Origin: the human T2T-CHM13v2.0 reference genome, Homo sapiens
Assembly: GCF_009914755.1 (NCBI RefSeq)
Contig: NC_060926.1
Length of the DNA: 64,000 nt
Direction: 5' to 3' (one strand)
Of this stretch, positions 61,410-64,000 are shown piece by piece (the stretch's first letter is position 1; the number at the start of each line of letters is the position of its first letter). Made by a program: the position numbers and the translations under genes. The notes under the pieces are model-generated. The model was given only the letters and a program-made list of their open reading frames with translations, was not told where the DNA came from and ran no database searches.

Positions 61410-61880
61410 AGTGTTTGCAAATGTTTGTGGCAGCTTTATTTGAAGTAGCCAAAAACCGGAAACAACTTCAACATCCCTCCACAGATGAATAAATAAACAT
61501 TGTGATGTATTCATACAATACATACTCTTCAGTTATATTTTTTAAATGAACATTGATACGTACTATATAAGAATATCAAAATAATTATGCTAAGTGAAAG
61601 AAGCCAGAAAAAAAGTATATACTGTATGATTCCATTATATAAATCTAGAAAATGCAAACTCATCAATAGTGACAGCAGATCAGTGGTTGCTTGGAGTGTA
61701 GAGGATGGGGATGGCAAGAGGGCCGGATTATAAAGAGGAACAAGGAAACTTTGAGGAGTGATGGATGTGTTCACCGTCTTGATTGTGGTGATGGTTCATG
61801 GGTACATACCTAAATTAAAACCTAACAAATTGTACAGTTAAAATATGTGCACTTTATGCCAATTATACCTGAATAATGCT
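61410..61880 (+). mobile_element. Old L1 (L1MC/ME-like) 3' end
   Basis: ATGCTAAGTGAAAGAAGCCAGA...TACTGTATGATTCCA...CAGATCAGTGGTTGC...TCTTGATTGTGGTGATGG. Confidence 0.82.
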
Positions 61881-63074
61881 TTTTATAAAATTGTTGTATG
61901 AAGCTTAAAATCTGGTCTCCCAAGACCAATATTCTCCAGAAGGCTTCTCCTGACATAACAATTCTTCCTTCTTCTGACACCGTTGGTCCCCTGCTCTTTC
62001 CAAACCCTGTGTGCCTCGGAACAATGGCCCTGCAACCACCGCTTTCCTTCAGAGAGTGAGCCAGTCCTTGCCCTGTGCTTCCTTCTAGTCAGTGCAACCA
62101 AACTCTGATCTGGTCCTCCTTGACCCCTCTGATGCTCCCATGGCACCATTATTTTCTCCAATCTCCTAGCCTCTTGTAATACTTGTTGAATTTACATCTC
62201 CAGCCATCCTCCTTCCTATTTTTTCTCCTTTTGGAAGAAACGATGCAAAACCTTGTTTCCTTGTCACACAGTATTTCAAAATAGAGGTGTTATAATTGTA
62301 TTTATTTTTTACTGTAGACCAAACATTACTATAAACATTTAGCTAGAATCACTAGTTTAGAGAAGATGAGATTTTGTAATAGGTTGGGAACTACTTGACA
62401 TAAGAGACGAGAAAGGAAACAACATGGATTAGAGGCATAAAATAAGCCAAGGATAGTCCTAAATTCTGTTAAAAGTATCTCTCACTTACCTCATTCTTAG
62501 TCTTGAATATGGAGACTTCTGGCTTTCTATCTCCACTGGGCCCTGGAACTGTGGCAGCCAGAGCCTCACCTTCCAGGTAGGAGATTTAAAGAGTCTTTTG
62601 GAGAAATCTGACCAGCCCAAGAAAAAAAGACTTTTAGATAGTGACATACAGGATCCCAATAGACTCGTCAGCCAAGGCATTCTATACTGAATCCTACAGT
62701 AGATATTTCATTGCCTGCTCAATTTCCACTCACTATGTACATATTTTTAATCGAGACCATATTCCCCACCTACTTTATTACTGGAATTCACTTTGCTTGA
62801 AGGGAGATTAGGCAGACTTCAGTCACCATCATCATCTAGCATACCACATTTAAAACAAACCAACCTTGAATTTAACTGAAAGTTGCAAGTTTACTATGTG
62901 GATTAACGGGGTGCTACATACAGGTGAGGAACTTTGGCAGAGCGGCCAGTGTGTTTTTACAGACGTTCATCTTTAACAATTATCAAATTAGTTTAGACAG
63001 TGCTGGCTTTTATACTTAAGGAAATGAACAGACAACCTGGTCAAGTATCATTTTCTAGAAAAATAGTGGGGGTT

Positions 63075-64000
63075 TTTTTGTTTGTTTATTTTTTTGAGAC
63101 GGAGTCTCGCTCTGCTGCCCAGGCTGGAGTGCAGTGGCGCGATCTTGGCTCACTGCGACCTCCGCCTCCTGGGTTCAGGCCATTCTCCTGCGGCAGCCTC
63201 CTGAGCAGCTGGGACTACAGGCGCCCGCCACTACGCCCGGCTAATTTTTTAAAAAAATATTTTTAGTAGAGATGGGGTTTCACCTTGTTAGGCAGGATGG
63301 TCTCCATCTCCTGACCTCATGATCCGCCCGCCTCGGCCTCCCAAAGTGCTGAGATTACAGGCGTGAGCCACTGCGCCCGGCCTGAAAAACAGTTTTTAAT
63401 TACTTCTCAGTGGGAGGACATTTTAGGGCATCCGCTCTTCTCCAATCACAGTCAGGTCCGGCTTCCTTTGGTATCTGATGGCAATGGCTGAAATGAGCTG
63501 AGCTGAGTTCCTCTCCCTTCACATTCTGGAGTGGCTCTTTACTGAGTAAGAAAGTGAATTAACATTTATTTAGCTTCTTCCTTGGAGCTGGGTACCGGGT
63601 CAGCCTCTTTTCAGAGAGCTTTTGCTCTTGTGGTCAGAGTTACCCTGCAGTTTTCTCCTGGCTCTTACATGACATATCTCAGTACAGGTGTCAAGCCAAT
63701 GGGACAAAGCCATAGTCCTGTTTTCCTTCCCTCCTTCCCTCCCTCCCTCCCTTCCTTCCTTCTTCCCTCCCTCCCTCCCTCTTTCCTATTGCCCAGGCTG
63801 GAGTGCAGTGGCACCATCTCAGCTCACTGAAACCTCCGCCTCCCGGGTTCAAGCAATTCCCCCGCCTCACCGTCCCGAGTAGCTGGGTTTACAGGGGTGC
63901 CCCACTACGTCCGGCTAATTTTTGTATTTTTAGTAGAGACGGGTTTCACCATATTGGCCAGGCTGGTCTCGAACTCCTGACCTCAGGTGATCCATCCGCT
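63075..64000 (-). mobile_element. CpG-rich minus Alu 63075-63383, (CCTT/CCCT)n at 63722-63785, and a minus Alu from 63788 to the window end
   Basis: Alu consensus and a simple repeat. Confidence 0.9.

Noticed and set aside
63430-63480. CCAAT and ETS-like motifs suggesting the promoter of the next gene (TTC27 follows BIRC6)
   Set aside because: There is no CpG island or first exon inside the window; short motifs alone are insufficient.

Overview
Human (primate) genomic DNA, Alu/L1-rich. It contains the 3' end of BIRC6 (Apollon/BRUCE) on the + strand: nine coding exons (numbered 66-74 by counting back from the last exon), encoding the C-terminal ~476 aa including the UBC/E2 domain, with the catalytic Cys codon at 39657-39659 and the stop at 54550-54552. 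A ~1 kb 3'UTR with several poly(A) signals and ~8 kb of repeat-rich downstream DNA follow. Nearly all ORFs in the supplied track are Alu/L1 artefacts, and two real exons (39654-39731 and 54373-54552) are missing from it. Main discovery: once Alus are removed, the unique sequence of the 18.6 kb intron at 11979-30562 contains long colinear antiparallel series of complementary segments. A 17-bp helix joins positions ~50 nt inside each splice site (12029-12046 with 30493-30510). A rod pairs ~17.5-20.2 kb with ~28.4-30.1 kb, nested sub-domains lie inside it, and the register continues across Alu insertions. This suggests the intron pre-mRNA folds into one giant nested RNA structure that also carries two CpG-rich hairpin / poison-exon-like elements. 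The helices were found by eye and need folding, shuffling and covariation tests.
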